DNA of 64,000 bases from Leucoraja ocellata (Eukaryota). The translations under genes and the position numbers were made by a program. Positions 13,401 through 25,346 of the stretch are shown piece by piece. A model generated the notes under the pieces. The model saw only the letters and a list, made by a program, of their open reading frames with translations, searched no databases and was not told where the DNA came from. Each line of letters begins with the position of its first letter. Position 1 is the first letter of the stretch. The stretch spans positions 4,092,001 to 4,156,000 of the forward strand of contig JAWMAR010000203.1 of NCBI GenBank assembly GCA_036785375.1, in the 5' to 3' direction.

Positions 13401-16400
13401 TAGAACCTGGTGCTTCAACCCGCAGAGTCCACGCTGACTATCGATCATCCGTTTACACCAGTTCTATGTTATCACCCTTTCACATCCACTCTCTACACAC
13501 TAGAGGCAATGTACAGGGACCAATTGAACTACAAACCCTTATGTCTTTTGGACGTGCGAGGAAACCGGAGCACCCGGAGGAAACCCACGCGGTCACGGCT
13601 AAAACATGCAATCTCCGCACAGACAATTGAAACAGAAATATATTAAAATCTAATATTTCCGATATATTGCTCTTGTGAAATATGTCAATGGGATTTTTTT
13701 CTGCAGGAATTCCATGGTAAATATTACCAATATGTCTGCTAATATAGATATGTGTATGAAAGAACTGCAGATGTTGGTTTAAATCGAAGGCAAACACAAA
13801 CTGCTGGAGTAACTCAGCGGAACAGACAGCATCTCTGGAGAGAAGGAATGGGTGACGTTTCTGGTTGGGACTCTTCTTCAGACTGATGTCAGGGAAGTGG
13901 GCAGTACAGAGATAAAATGTAGTCAGAGACAGTAAGACTGGTAGGAGAACTGGGAAGAGGGAGGTGATGGAGAAAGAGGGAAAGCAAGGGCTACTTGAAG
14001 TTAGAGAAGACAATGTTACTATAGATACTCCTTGATTATCACTTAATATTCTATTCCTACAAATATCTATACTTAAAGAAATGAGACAGGCCTTTCAGAG
14101 GAGAAAACCAACATTATTCTATTCATAGATTAACATTCTTACTATTCACTAAATTTACTGTTACTGGGGTAAAGATTGGTTCCTTGTGTTGTAAATAACC
14201 GCAAGATAACGTGTAGTAAATGGGGTCAAGGAAAGAGTGTTCACGTCGCGGCCCTGTTTCCACCAATCTCCCACCATCACGCACAAGAAGCACAACAAGC
14301 ACAAGACAGACATCATTGTATGGCTGTGGCTGAACAATTTGTAATCTTGGGTGTGGACTCAATAGGTGTTGTAAATTACCGAGCTGTTTAGTGAGAAGTG
14401 AAACATTTCACAAACCACTAGGGTTTACATAGAAACATAGAAAATAGGTGCAGGAGTAGGCCATTTGGCCCTTCGAGCCTGCACCGCCATTCAATATGAT
14501 CATGGCTGATCATCCAACTAAGTATCCTGTACCTGCCTTCTCTCCATAGCCCCGATCCCTTTAGCCACAAGGGCCACATCTAACTCCCTCTTAAATATAG
14601 CCAATGAACTGGCCTCAACTACCTTCTGTGGCAGAGAATTCCAGAGATTCACCACTCTTTGTGTGAAAAATGTTTTTCTCATCTCGGTCCTAAAGGAGTT
14701 CCCCTTATCCTTAAACTGTGACCCCTTGTTCTGGACTTCCCCAACATCGGGAACAATCTTCCTGCATCTAGCCTGTCCAATCCCTTAAGAATTTTGTAAG
14801 CCAGCCAGGACTCACCAACGCTAGGCTGGCCGTCTTCGAGCTGTGGCGGCATTCGGGCGCTCCAGTGACTCGACGCTCCCGTGAGGGTGACCGGTGAGAT
14901 GCTCCGGTGGCAGTGGCACGACTAGACGCTCGGGGCTGAGATGGCGCTCCGGTGAGGGCGGCCCGGCGCACGGCTGGGACGGCGCTCCGATAGCTGAGGC
15001 GGCGTTCTGGCGGCGGTGACCTGAATCCGGGGCTCGGCCGCGGGCCAGTGGACGACATCATCGGGAACTCGCAGGTCACAGGCTGGTGCCTGTTTTCCGG
15101 AGCTCCCACGGCAACAGCTGCATCGCTGGGCTGGAGGGCGGCAGCTTCGACCACCCCGGGCCGCGGAGCGTGAACCGTCCCATTCACGGAGCTCGGTGAG
15201 CCGCGGGACTGACTTACCATCGCCCAGTGGGGTAACAACATATCGCCTCAGCGCAGAGGGAGAAGAGGAGGGAAGAGACAGTAACCCTAAGATTTTTGCC
15301 TCCATCACAGTGAGGAGGTGCCTGGTGAACTCACTGTGGTGGATGTTAATTTGTGTTTATTGTGTGTTTTGTTGTTTATTATTACATGTATGACTGCAGG
15401 TAACGACATTTCGTTCAGACCAAAAGGTCTGAATGACAAATAAAGGATCTAATCTAATCTAATCTAAAAATGTGTAAAGAGAAATAAAGTCAAAGAAACA
15501 GGTCAAGGACCGATCGTGAGAACAGGGAGCAAATTAGACGATAGAGATGAGCAGAATTTCATAGGAAGGAACTACAGATGCTGGTTCAAATCGAAGATAG
15601 ACAGAAAATGCTGAAGTAACTCAGTAGGACAGGCAGCATCTCTGGAGAGAAAGAATGGGTGACGTTTTGAGTCAAGACTTCTTCAGACAGAGGGTCAAGG
15701 GGAAGGGAAACAAGAGATATCGACAATGATGTCGAGAGATATAGAACAACTGAATGAAAGATATGCAAAAAAGTATTGATGATAAAGGAAACAGGTCATT
15801 GTTAGCTGTAGTTAGGTGAGAACAAAAAGCTGTTGTGACTTGGATGGGGAGGGATGGAGAGAGAGAGGGAATTCAAGGGTTACTTGAAGTTAGACAAATC
15901 AATATTCATACCCCTGGGTTGTAAGCTGCCCAAGTGTAATATGAGATGTTGTTCCTCCAATTTCCTTTTTTTTTAAATAGATTTTTTATTAGAGGCATCT
16001 GCATATCATAATCCAAACCAGTACAGACTTTGTTTAACGGTTACATATTAAATATCCAGGTTTCCAGGGAGCCAGTTACCAAAGTAGCTGGGATCCTCCT
16101 TTATCGGTTACATGTTAACATTGCCTCTAATTATTTATTTATATTTATATATAGGAAAAAGAAAGAAAGAAAGAAGGAATAGATAAAAATAGGATAAACT
16201 ATCAATAATACAACTTGGTGCCAGAGAACATAACTATTCATCTAGTCCTGGGTTCAGGCTTCAGTCCAGCCTCCGCACTAGTCCGATCTACCCCTTCATA
16301 AATCTATAAATGGAGACCATATTCTAGTAAATAATTCTGGTTTGTCAATTAAGACAAATCTAATTTTTTCCAAATGTAAGGTCTCCGACATCTCCATAAT

Positions 16401-19400
16401 CCACATCTTGATTGTGGGGGTTGTTGGGTTTTTCCAAAATTTTAATATCAAATTTTTCCTAATTATTATACTGTAATCAAGGAAATCTCTTTGGTTTATT
16501 GTGAGGTTTAGGGATTGTTCTGATATTCCCAATATTATTAATTTAGGATCGGGATCGATTTGGATATTGACAACTACAGAGATTATTTAAAAAATATCCA
16601 TCCAGTAATTTTTAATTTTACTACAGTTTACAAAAGTATGGGTTAAATCAGCCACGTGGGATTGACATTTATCACAGATAGGAGAGATATTAGGAAACAT
16701 TCTATTTAATTTTGTTTTAGAATAATGCAGTCTATGTAGTGCTTTAAATTGTATTAAAGAATGTATGGCATTTAACGAACATTGGTGTATATGTTGTAGG
16801 CTTTTGTCCCAAATATCTTTCATTATAGGTTGAGCTAATTCCGTTTCCCATGCTGGTCTGTATAATTCCATCGACGGATTCTCACTGTCTATAAAAGTAT
16901 TATAAATGTGAGATATTAATTTGACTGTGTTAGGGTGTTTATTCAAACATTCATCTCAAATCTCTGGCTCTCTGGTTCTGTATTCTCGTGTCTGCGATTT
17001 AACATAATCTTTAAGTTGTAAATATCTAAAAGATTTATTTGAATGTAATCCGCAATTCTGTTGTAACTCCTGAAACGAGAGAAAAATACAATTTCTATAA
17101 AGATGTCCCATCGTTTTATTTCCATGATTTTTCCATTGTACAAAACCTTTATCCAACACTGAGTGTTTAAATAAAGGATTATTTGCAATGGGGAGAGAAA
17201 GTGATAAATTATCCAATTTTAATGTCTTTTTTAGTTCTTTCCAAATTCGAATACCACTATATATTATAGGGTTTTCACTATAGATTTTTTAATTCAATTT
17301 TGTAGGAGCTAATAGAATCGGACCAATTTCAAAAGGCAAACAGTCTTCCTTTTCCATCTTTAACCAGTCTGGTTGTTGATCCATATCTTCCAACCAAAAA
17401 TTCATATTTTTGACATTGACTGCCCAAAAGTAAAATAAAAAATTTGGTAAAACTAATCCTCCTTTGGTCTTCGATTTGCATAAGTGTTTTTTGCTTATTC
17501 TATGGTTCTTATAATTCCAAATAAAACTTGTCACTATAGAGTCAACTTTATAAAATAAATATTTTGGGAGATTTATAGGAATTGATTGTAAAAGGTATAG
17601 CAATTGCGGAAGGAAAATAATTTTTATAGCATTAAATCTACTGAGCATTGAAATGAGAAGTGTTTTCCAATATTGAATATTATTATGCAATTTATTAAGT
17701 AAAGGCATGAAATTTGATTTAAATAAAGAAGTATATTTCATGGTCACATAAATTCCTAGGTATTTACATTTTTCCTTGACTATTCTGAAAGGTGATTGTT
17801 GCAATATGTATAACTTGGCATAATCTCACTTTTATTCCAATTAATTCTATATCCCGAAAATAAACCAAATTGAGTTACAAGATTTAACAAGTTTGGAATG
17901 CTGATTTCTGGGTTTGCAATATATAGTAATACATCGTCTGCATATAGAGAGATTTTATTAACTGTATTTTTAGTATTATACCCATATATTTCTGGATGTG
18001 TTCGAACACTTTCTGCTAGTGGTTCAATAGCAAGGGCGAATAATAATGGAGATAACGGGCATCCTTGTCTGAAACCTTTAGATAAATATAATTTTGTTGA
18101 TAACATTTGATTTGTCATTATTCTAGCTGTTGGGTTAGTGTATAAAAGCTTAACCCATGTGCAAAACATCTCACCCAGTTGAAATGTTTCCATCACCGAG
18201 AATAAATAGGGCCATTCCTCCAATTTCCATTTAACCTCACTTTGATAATGGAGGAGGCCTAGAACAGAAAGGTTAGGGCGGGAATGAGAAGGAGAATTAA
18301 ATGTGTTTAGCAACTGGGAGATCAGGTAGGGCCAGGCGGACTGAGAGAAGGTGTTCAGCGAAATGATGGCCCAGTCTACATTTGGTCTCGCCGATATATA
18401 AGAGTCCACACCTTGAACAATGGATACAGTAGGTGAGGTTGGAGGAGATGCAAGTGAACCTCTGCCTAACCTGAAAGGACTACCGGGATCCCGGGACGGA
18501 GTCGAGGGAGATGGTATAGGGACAGGTGTTGCATCTCTTGTGGTTGCAGGGGAATTTTTTCCAGGGTGATATTCCTGCGGGGAAAGTGGCAATAATTTCA
18601 AAAGTAAATAAAAATCAGAAGATAGACACAAAGTGCTGTAGTAACTCAGCGGTTCAGTCAGCATCTCTAAAGAAAATAAATACTGTAGGTGACGTTTCGG
18701 GTCGCAACCCTTTTTCAGACAGATAGACAGATAGAGAATGTAGGAACGAAATGCAGATGCTGGTTTATACCAAAGATAGACCAATGAAAACAAGTAAACT
18801 ACTCTAAAGTAGAACTTATAACAATACAGGAACAGATCCTTCAGCCCTGAATGTCCATGAAGAACATGATGCCAAGTTAAACTAATCTCTGTTTGCATAT
18901 CATCCATATCCCTCCATTCCCTGCAAATCCATGTGCCTATCAAAACCTCTAACCTCTAACACCACAAATCGCATCTGCCTCCCCCACCACCCCTGGCAGC
19001 ATGATCCAGCTCACACCACCCTCAATAAAAATTTTAAATGCTCATAAGATCATGCGGCATTTGTGAAGAGAAAATCAGATTCAACGATTCAGGTCAAAAC
19101 CTGTGTCAGTATTTTTAACTTTTTTGTTTTAATTTAGTTTAGATTATTGTTACATGGACTGAGATACAGCAAAAAGCTTTCGTTTTCTCATCAAAATATA
19201 CAATTTTGCTTTTTTCCCCCCACATTATGCTAGACTTCACATCTATTTTCTTGTTCATATATTCTATTCACAATCAACGTTCCTATCTGTCTTTGTATCA
19301 TTCAAAAATTCAGCAACATCACAACGCTGCCTTCATAGGAGTCGTATACATTACAATATTTCATAATATAATATTCAGTCTGAAGAAGGGTCCTGACCCG

Positions 19401-22400
19401 AAACATCACCTATCCATGTTCTCCAGAGATGCTGCCTGACCCGCTGAGTTACTCCAGCAATTTTCCCACCGTTCCACCATATTCCACTGTCCTTGTAAGG
19501 AAACCAAGTTGATTTAACAGCAACACTATAACCGGTGGGGCACCGGGAGTGACATTGAAGTGTAAATAATTAAGTATTGTGTATAGTTTATGGAGATACA
19601 AGGAAGGACAGATGCTGGAATCGTGAGCAAAACACAACGTTGTGGAGGTACTCAGTGGGTCAGGCAGCATCTGTGGAAGGAAAGGACAGACGATGTTTGG
19701 ATCGGGAACCTTCGTCAGTCTGAAACATCGTCTGGTTATTCCCTCCACAGATGCTGCTTGACCAGCTGCGTTTGTTTATAGTTTATATATTCAGCCTCAC
19801 CAGCTGAGTTCCTCCAGCATTTATTTTGCCTACCCAGTGTATGAGGTGATCGCTGATCGGCCGAAATGCCTTTTTTCCGCGTATGTCTAAAGTCTAAATA
19901 CATATTTGCAATAGATATTGCACACATTGAGCGATCTTATACACTTTTGATCAGGTTTATGAATTACGTTCAACGTTCTCCAGAGATGCTACTAGACGCT
20001 ACTGAGTCACTTCAGCACTTTGTGTCTTTTTTCAAATCTAGAATCTGCAGTTCATTGTGGCTACGTTTAACAAATGTGTACACATGTACTATTAAACCTT
20101 GCAACCTTGGACATGTGTAGGAAGGAACTGCAGATGCTAGTTTACAGCGCAGATAGACACAAAATGTTGGAGTAACTCGGCAGTAACTGAGCCGCTGAGT
20201 TACTCCAGCACTCTGTGTATATTCAGTAATTGGAGGACGTTTGCTGCCACGTTCATTCAAGCCACTTACTTGGGATGGGAAGGAAACGTTTGCTCACCGT
20301 CCCCGTGAGGTGCTGAACCAGGCATGTGACGACCATGCCCGCCTCTAGCCGAGGGCCGGTGAGCCGCAGCCGGGAGCTCACATTGAAGCTTCCATCCTCA
20401 TTCTCCCTCAGCGGCCCCGCTTCTGTTTCATAGGACAACTGGCCCACGACAGCCCAGGACATGTTCAGCTCCCTCGGGAAGAATCCGGCGGCCACACAAG
20501 TCAGGCTTCGCGTCTCTGCGCCTTTTACCCCGGGATCCAGGGTCAGGGAGATGTCAGGCTTCGCTGCGTAAAGTAGAAAAATAACACGCTGTGAATCTTC
20601 CTGTCGCTCTCAGTCATGCATGGAGCAACTATGATAACACGGCACGCCGTGCACCTGCTTAAGGAGCAACCAAGTTATTCAATGGATTATTAGCGGAATA
20701 AAGAGGAGCTGCAAACGCTGGTTTATACCAAAGAAAGGCACAAGTACTGGAGTAACTCAAATGGTCAGTCGGCATCTCTGGAGAACATGGATAGCTGACG
20801 AGACACAAAGTGCTGGAGTAACTCTTCATGGATGATATGTGATGTTTCGGGTCGGGTTACATCTACAGATTACATCTCTTCAGTCTGTGTCTCAAAATGC
20901 ACAATAAGAGAGAAAAATACAGGAAGCGAATGAAATGGAAGTGGAGACAAGGAATTGGAGATGCTGGAATATTTAAGAATAAGGAGTAAGCCATTTAGAA
21001 CGGAGATGAGGAAACACATTTCTCCCAGAGAGTTGTGAATCTGTGGAATTCTCTGCCTCAGAAGGCGGTGGAGGCCAATTCTCTGGATGCTTTCAAGAGA
21101 GAGTTATAGAGCTCTTAAAGATAGCGGAGTCCCTGGATATGGGGAGAAGGCAGGAACGGGATACTGACTGTGGATGATCAGCCATAATCACAGTGAATCA
21201 GCGGGCGAAATGGACAGGCGGTGTTTCGGGTCGGGACCATCCTTCGGTCTGAATCGCCGCCTGTCCATTCAGATGCTGCCGGACCCGCCGAGTTCCTCCA
21301 GCACTTTGTGTGTTTTAATGCATGAAATGGAAGTGAATATGTAGACGGTAAACTAAATCCAAGCAGATGATGGACATCTAAAACAGAACAGATAAATATT
21401 CAGCCGGACAGGCCTGATTCGTGGGAAGAGAATGACGGCCCAGGTTCTCCAGAGATGCTGCCTGACTCGATGAGTTACTCCAGCACTTTGCGTCTTTGTT
21501 TCAACCAACCCCTTCAGTTCCTTGTGTCTCAGGGTCAGGGTTTCGGCTGGAAGCCTTCAGTGTGAATCGGTAAATTATCCCCCCCACCCCACACACACAC
21601 GCACACAGATACGGGCCGACCCGATGAGTAGCTCCAGCATGTTGTGTTACATCTGGTACTGTCCGGCCCAGATTGGTCAGAAGATGGATTCACGTTGCCA
21701 GAATTATTTAACATAGTCTGGTCGGGTCGGGCTCCCTCTCGCCAGCCCGTGGGCGACGGGAGAGCGGCCGCACGTTTGCATTGTAGCTGCCTCCCTTCAA
21801 TGAAGCGTTAGGGATGTGTGCGACCATCCCCACTGTCCGCTGATACAGTGGGGCTGGGGACCTCACACACGTCCCAAGTTCCCCAACACCAAACCTCCAC
21901 GAATGCTGCCTTAACCGCCGAGTTCCCCGTTACTTTGTGTTTTGCTTCAGACTCCAGCGCCTGCAGTTCCCCGTCTCCACTTCTATTTATTTCCCTTCCT
22001 GCATTTTATCTCTCTCTATTAATGTGCACGTTGAGGCACAAACCAACCCAGGCTGACGAAGGGTCCTGACCCTAAACGTCACCTCTCCCTGATGTCCAGA
22101 GATGCTGCCTGACCCGCTGTTACTCCATCACTTGGAGTATGCCCTCTCTCACTGCTGCCCTCCTTGATTCTATCGCTTATATTTAGTTGTGTTCATTTCC
22201 ACACATATACATGATGCATCTGCAGTTATCGCAGCCGGGAATTATTTCAGGGGCATTATTATACTTCCCTGGAGCCCGGAAGCAAATATTAAACCGAACT
22301 TGACAAAGACAAGAATCAATAGACAATAGACAATAGGTGCAGGAGTAGGCCATTTGGCCCTTCGAGCCAGCACTGCCATTCAATGTGATCATGGCTGATC

Positions 22401-24950
22401 ATCCCCAATCAGTACCCCGTTCCTGCCTTCTCCCCATATCCCCTGACTCCGTTATTTTTAAGAGCCCTACATAGCTCTCTCTTGAAAGCTTCCAGAGAAC
22501 CGGCCTCCACAGCCGTCTGAGGCAAATAATTCCACACACTCACCACTCTCTGTGAGAAAAAGTGTTTCCGCGTCTCCGTTCTCAATGGCTTACTCCTTAT
22601 TCTTAAACTGTGGCCCCTGGTTCTGGACTACCCCAACATCGGGAACATGTTTCCTGCCTTTAGCGTGTCCAAGCCCTTAACAATCTTATATGTTTCAATA
22701 AGATATCCTCTCATTCTTCTAAATTCCAGAGTGTACAAGCCCAGCTGCTCCATTCTCTCAGCATATGACAGTCGCGCCATCCCGGGAATTAACCTTGTAA
22801 ACCTACGCTGCACTCCCTCAATAGCAATCCTTCCTCAAATTAGGGGACCAAAACTGCATACAATACTCCAGATGTGGTCTCACTAGGACTCTGTACAACT
22901 GCAGAAATACCCTTTTGCTCCTATATTCGATTCCTCTTGTTACAAAGGCCAACAATCGCTTTCTTCACTGCCTGCTGTACCCGCATGCTTACTTTCATAG
23001 ACTGATGAACAAGGACCCCCAGATCCCGTTGTACTTCCCCTTTTCCCAACTTGACGACTTCAGGTCAAGAGGGAATCTAGAGAAAACTGAGAGAAACAAA
23101 GATGCTTTTGTTTCCACACTCCCTCCTTGTAAGGAAATCAAGAGAATTAAATGCCAGCACTAGACATGTTGGGAATATAAACACTGCGACCGAGGTTGAT
23201 GTTGTTTTCCTTATCTATTTTGTATCATTAGGGAGACGGGAGGAACTGTAGATGCGAGTTTTTTTTAGACTCAAAGCGCTGGAGTAACTCAGCGGGTCAG
23301 GCAGCATCTCTGGAAATCATGGATATATGACGTTTAAGTTCGGGACCTTTTGTCAGACTGGGCTGGTTTGTGCCGGAAAATGAGCATTAATAGAGAGAGA
23401 TGAAATGCAGGAATGAAATGGAAGTAGAGACATGGAACTGCAGGCGCTGCAGTCTTAAGCAAAACACAAACTGCTGGAGGAACTCAGCGGTTAAGGCCGC
23501 ATCTGTGGAGAGAATGGACAGGCGGTGTTTCGGTTTGGGGAACTTGGGATTCGTGCGATTCACCAACTCCATCGCATCAGATCTCGGGGTGGCTGTGGAG
23601 GCAGATTCGATCGTAGAGTTTAAGAGACTTTTGGATAGACACATGTTTGTTTAACTTGGCCTCATGGGCCGCACGAACATTGTGGGCTGAAGGGCCCGTT
23701 CCTGTTGTATGTTCTATATTAATTACCTTGGATATGTAATGTGGTTCCGTTTCCTGTAAACCTTTTCCAGGGGGATGTATCACGAATCAGTACCACACAA
23801 TGGTAAATGTCTGCATCGTGCACAGTCACCTCCCGAATGACCAGCGAGCCCACAGACACGGACAGTCGGTCGCCTGTCTTCAGAAAACTCTCGGTCTTGG
23901 TGTCCCTGAGCTCCGGGTTGTCTTTCGTCCGAAACCAGTATTGCCTCATTGAAACTACCTCCCCCTCTTCAGGTAGCAGGGAGCAGGTGAACGTAGCTGT
24001 CTGCCCTCGGAGACGTGTCAGAGCAGCAGGAGACTGGTTCACCCTCACACCGACAGCAGACCCTGGCACGGAAAGTGAACATAGTTAACGACGTCTTCCG
24101 AGTAACTCGAGTTTACTATCATGGGCACAAGGACAGTGAGGTCCAGGCCCAATTACCCCCCCCCCCCCCCCTCTCTCTCACCTGTAACCACTTGTGTTGG
24201 AAGGAACTGCAGATGCTGATCTATATCGAAGACAGACACAAAGTGCTGGAGAAACTCAGCGGCGCTGGCAGAATCTCTGGCGAACATATCTGAAGAAAGG
24301 TCGCGACGCGAAACGTCATCTGTCCATGTTCTCCAGAGATGCTGCCTGACCCGCTGAGTTACTCCAGTACTGTGTTTTGTTCAAGATTCCAGCATCTGCA
24401 CTTCTTGTGTCTCTTACATTTATTTGCGTTAATGTCCTCATGTAAACTTACATTAACTGCATTTCCAGCATCTACAGTTCCATGTGTCGCTTATGTTTAA
24501 GATAGACACAAGGTACAGGAGTAACTCAGCGGGTCAGGCAGCATCTCTGGAGAAAAATGACGGGTGACGTTTCGGTTCGGAACCATTCCACAAATTCACA
24601 ACTCTCTGGGTGAAAAAGTTTTTTTCTCACCTCAGTCTTAAATGGTCTCCCCTTTATTCTTATTGTAACTACATGTTCAATTTCTGCTTTTGTGTCTAAA
24701 TTAAAAACTTGCTTGCAACAGCAACACATGCACCTACACTGAAACAAACACATATTCAAAAACAAATTGAACATAAATTACACAAGAAGTTTCTAAAAGA
24801 CCGCAAAAAAACAACAAACATTAATGCAAAAGCCATAGAAAGAAACATGTTATAGGAAGACAACGTGAACAGGTTGGCAAGGGTGAACATGAATGACTTA
24901 CCTGGGAGAAAGAGGCAGAGTGTGGAGATGAATTGTGTAAACGATGACAT
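7989..24950 (-). CDS. Six-exon IgSF receptor gene: leader - VJ-type V - C1 - TM(Arg) - cytoplasmic tail, 319 aa; NKp30/NCR3-like V domain, non-rearranging antigen-receptor-like architecture
   Basis: Exons 24950-24902, 24062-23727, 20563-20270, 13236-13135, 12510-12443 and 8099-7989 sum to 960 nt. All introns are GT-AG with phases 1,1,1,1,0, giving an open frame: MSSFTQFISTLCLFLPGSAVGVRVNQSP...TATFTC...YWFR...HDADIYHC...FTGNGTTLHIQAKPDISL...LTCVAAGFFPRELNMSW...ENEDGSFNVSSRL...VTCLVQH...RSSKYYFIRLSLILIVPIWVLIVYHYHNKLKKGKESSVHDATVDIQSMRNRNTSVNELELYCQQ...WTLLVQ*. Confidence 0.85.
8490..9955. mobile_element. Rearranged internal portion of the TIR element family seen at 59728-61372, containing an inverted duplication of about 500 bp
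   Basis: 8490-8620 is the reverse complement of about 60780-60905. Segments 8678-9190 and 9340-9855 are inverted copies of one another. Confidence 0.75.
10005..10916 (-). mobile_element. L1-clade LINE 3' fragment with A-rich tail and 13-bp TSD
   Basis: TSD TGTTTCAATTCTT at 9992-10004 and 10917-10929. T-rich run at the left end. ORF2 C-terminus KKLILKFWK...MWI...LHLE and a CxxC zinc knuckle. Confidence 0.85.
11076..11325 (-). mobile_element. CR1 3' end fragment (same family also at about 14428-14800 and 45161-47629)
   Basis: (CATAGAAA)n tail plus conserved 3'UTR and end of ORF2. Confidence 0.85.
11440..12330 (-). mobile_element. Degenerate CR1 3' portion (second family)
   Basis: Decayed CR1 ORF2 C-terminal sequence with a GGAAACAGGCCC-type 3'UTR. 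Confidence 0.7.
12443..12510 (-). CDS. Exon 5: cytoplasmic
   Basis: Acceptor gatattttttatag|, donor GAG|gtgagt, 68 nt, phase 1-0, open frame ESSVHDATVDIQSMRNRNTSVNE. Confidence 0.75.
13135..13236 (-). CDS. Exon 4: transmembrane exon with Arg near the outer membrane face
   Basis: Acceptor tgtgattttcaag|, donor AAAG|gtaatg, 102 nt, phase 1-1, in unique non-repeat sequence. Encodes RSSKYYFIRLSLILIVPIWVLIVYHYHNKLKKGK: hydrophobic span then basic stop-transfer. Confidence 0.85.
14800..15466 (+). mobile_element. Non-autonomous retroelement with GC-rich body, 3' stem-loop and short-repeat tail (relative at about 56245-56650)
   Basis: Shared 3' region ending TTCAGACC(A/G)AAAGGTCTGAATGACAAATAAA, followed by (TCTAA)n or (TTCAA)n. 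Confidence 0.65.
15560..18560 (-). mobile_element. Penelope-like element remnant (GIY-YIG endonuclease end plus terminal repeat), split by the L1
   Basis: About 18460-18300 translates TCISSNLTYCIHCSRCGLLYIGETKCRLGHHFAEH. The frame resumes past the L1 as LEEQHLILHLGSLQPRGMNIDLSNFK*, followed by the repeat carrying a CTGAAGA...AAAACGTC core. Confidence 0.85.
15966..18214 (-). mobile_element. L1-clade LINE, 5'-truncated, with polyA and 14-bp TSD, inserted in a Penelope element
   Basis: RT motifs GFRQGCPLSPLLFALAIEPLA and SLYADDVLLY, GGLVLPNF, and zinc knuckle CDKC...HTFVNC. TSD TTCCTCCAATTTCC at 15952-15965 and 18215-18228. Confidence 0.92.
19380..19458 (+). repeat. Penelope-derived dispersed repeat with hammerhead-ribozyme-like core (representative copy of many)
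   Basis: CTGAAGA-A-GGGTC-CT-GACCC-GAAAC followed by CTCCAGAGATGCTGCCTGACCCGCTGAGTTACTCCAGC. Other copies at 1553, 22053, 24290 (+) and about 6550, 7660, 13855, 15661, 18691, 54818, 63866 (-). Confidence 0.75.
20270..20563 (-). CDS. Exon 3: C1-set Ig domain
   Basis: Acceptor ttttctactttacgcag|, donor CCAA|gtaagt, 294 nt, phase 1-1. Motifs LTCxAxGFFP-x-L-x-x-SW, NEDGSFNVSSRL and TCxVxH are C1-set hallmarks. Confidence 0.93.
22316..23055 (-). mobile_element. CR1 3' fragment in the V-C1 intron
   Basis: (CAATAGA)n tail and QRRFTRLIPGM...LGLYTLEFRRMRG. Confidence 0.85.
23727..24062 (-). CDS. Exon 2: V-set Ig domain with germline-encoded J-like G strand
   Basis: Acceptor cactttccgtgccag|, donor CAAG|gtaatt, 336 nt, phase 1-1. 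Has B-strand Cys (TFTC), C-strand Trp (YWFR), DxxxYxC (DADIYHC) and the GxGT diglycine bulge (FTGNGTTLHI). Confidence 0.95.
24902..24950 (-). CDS. Exon 1 (signal peptide) of the VJ-C1 receptor
   Basis: ATG in context caaaATGt encodes MSSFTQFISTLCLFLP, then CCAG|gtaagt, a consensus phase-1 donor. Typical Ig-type leader exon 839 bp upstream of the V exon. Confidence 0.85.
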
Positions 24951-25346
24951 TTTGGTGAAGAAGTTCCGAGACACGGATCACACGGAGCCGCTGGTCATTC
25001 TGCAGAATTCACAGCCGCTGCGTGTTTTTCTGCGCTGCTGTGCGTCAGATCGACCGCAGATTGGCCGGTAGTTCAGTGAAACAACTTCGTACATTTGTGG
25101 AAACGAGGAACTGAAGATGCTGGTTTACAAGAAAAGAGGCACAAAGTGCTGGAGTAACTCAGCGGATCAGGCAGCATCTGCAGAGAACATGAATAGGAAC
25201 CAACCCGAAACATCACCTCTCCACGTTCTCCAGACTTGCTGCCCGAGCGCTGAGTTACTCCAGCGCTTTGTGCCTTCATTCATTCGGCCCGACACGCATC
25301 TCTTCTACGGCACTTACACGGACATGCAGTAAGTCTCGTTTCTTTA

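Noticed and set aside
14123-14400. Hydrophobic stretch (VCLVLVVLLV / VLCLLCFLCVMV) behind an AG at about 14384, as candidate TM exon
   Set aside because: In the phase required by the C1 exon it hits TAA at once, and there is no good donor. The exon at 13236-13135 fits phase and both splice sites.
17780-18943. 387-aa ORF as a novel RT fusion gene
   Set aside because: Chance read-through across CR1 3'UTR, Penelope repeat, out-of-frame GIY-YIG remnant and L1 RT. The junction is explained by the TSD.
23700-24100. Rearranging TCR/Ig V segment with RSS
   Set aside because: The exon already includes the G strand and a splice donor. No CACAGTG-spacer-ACAAAAACC was seen; CACAGTC at 23821 is internal coding sequence.
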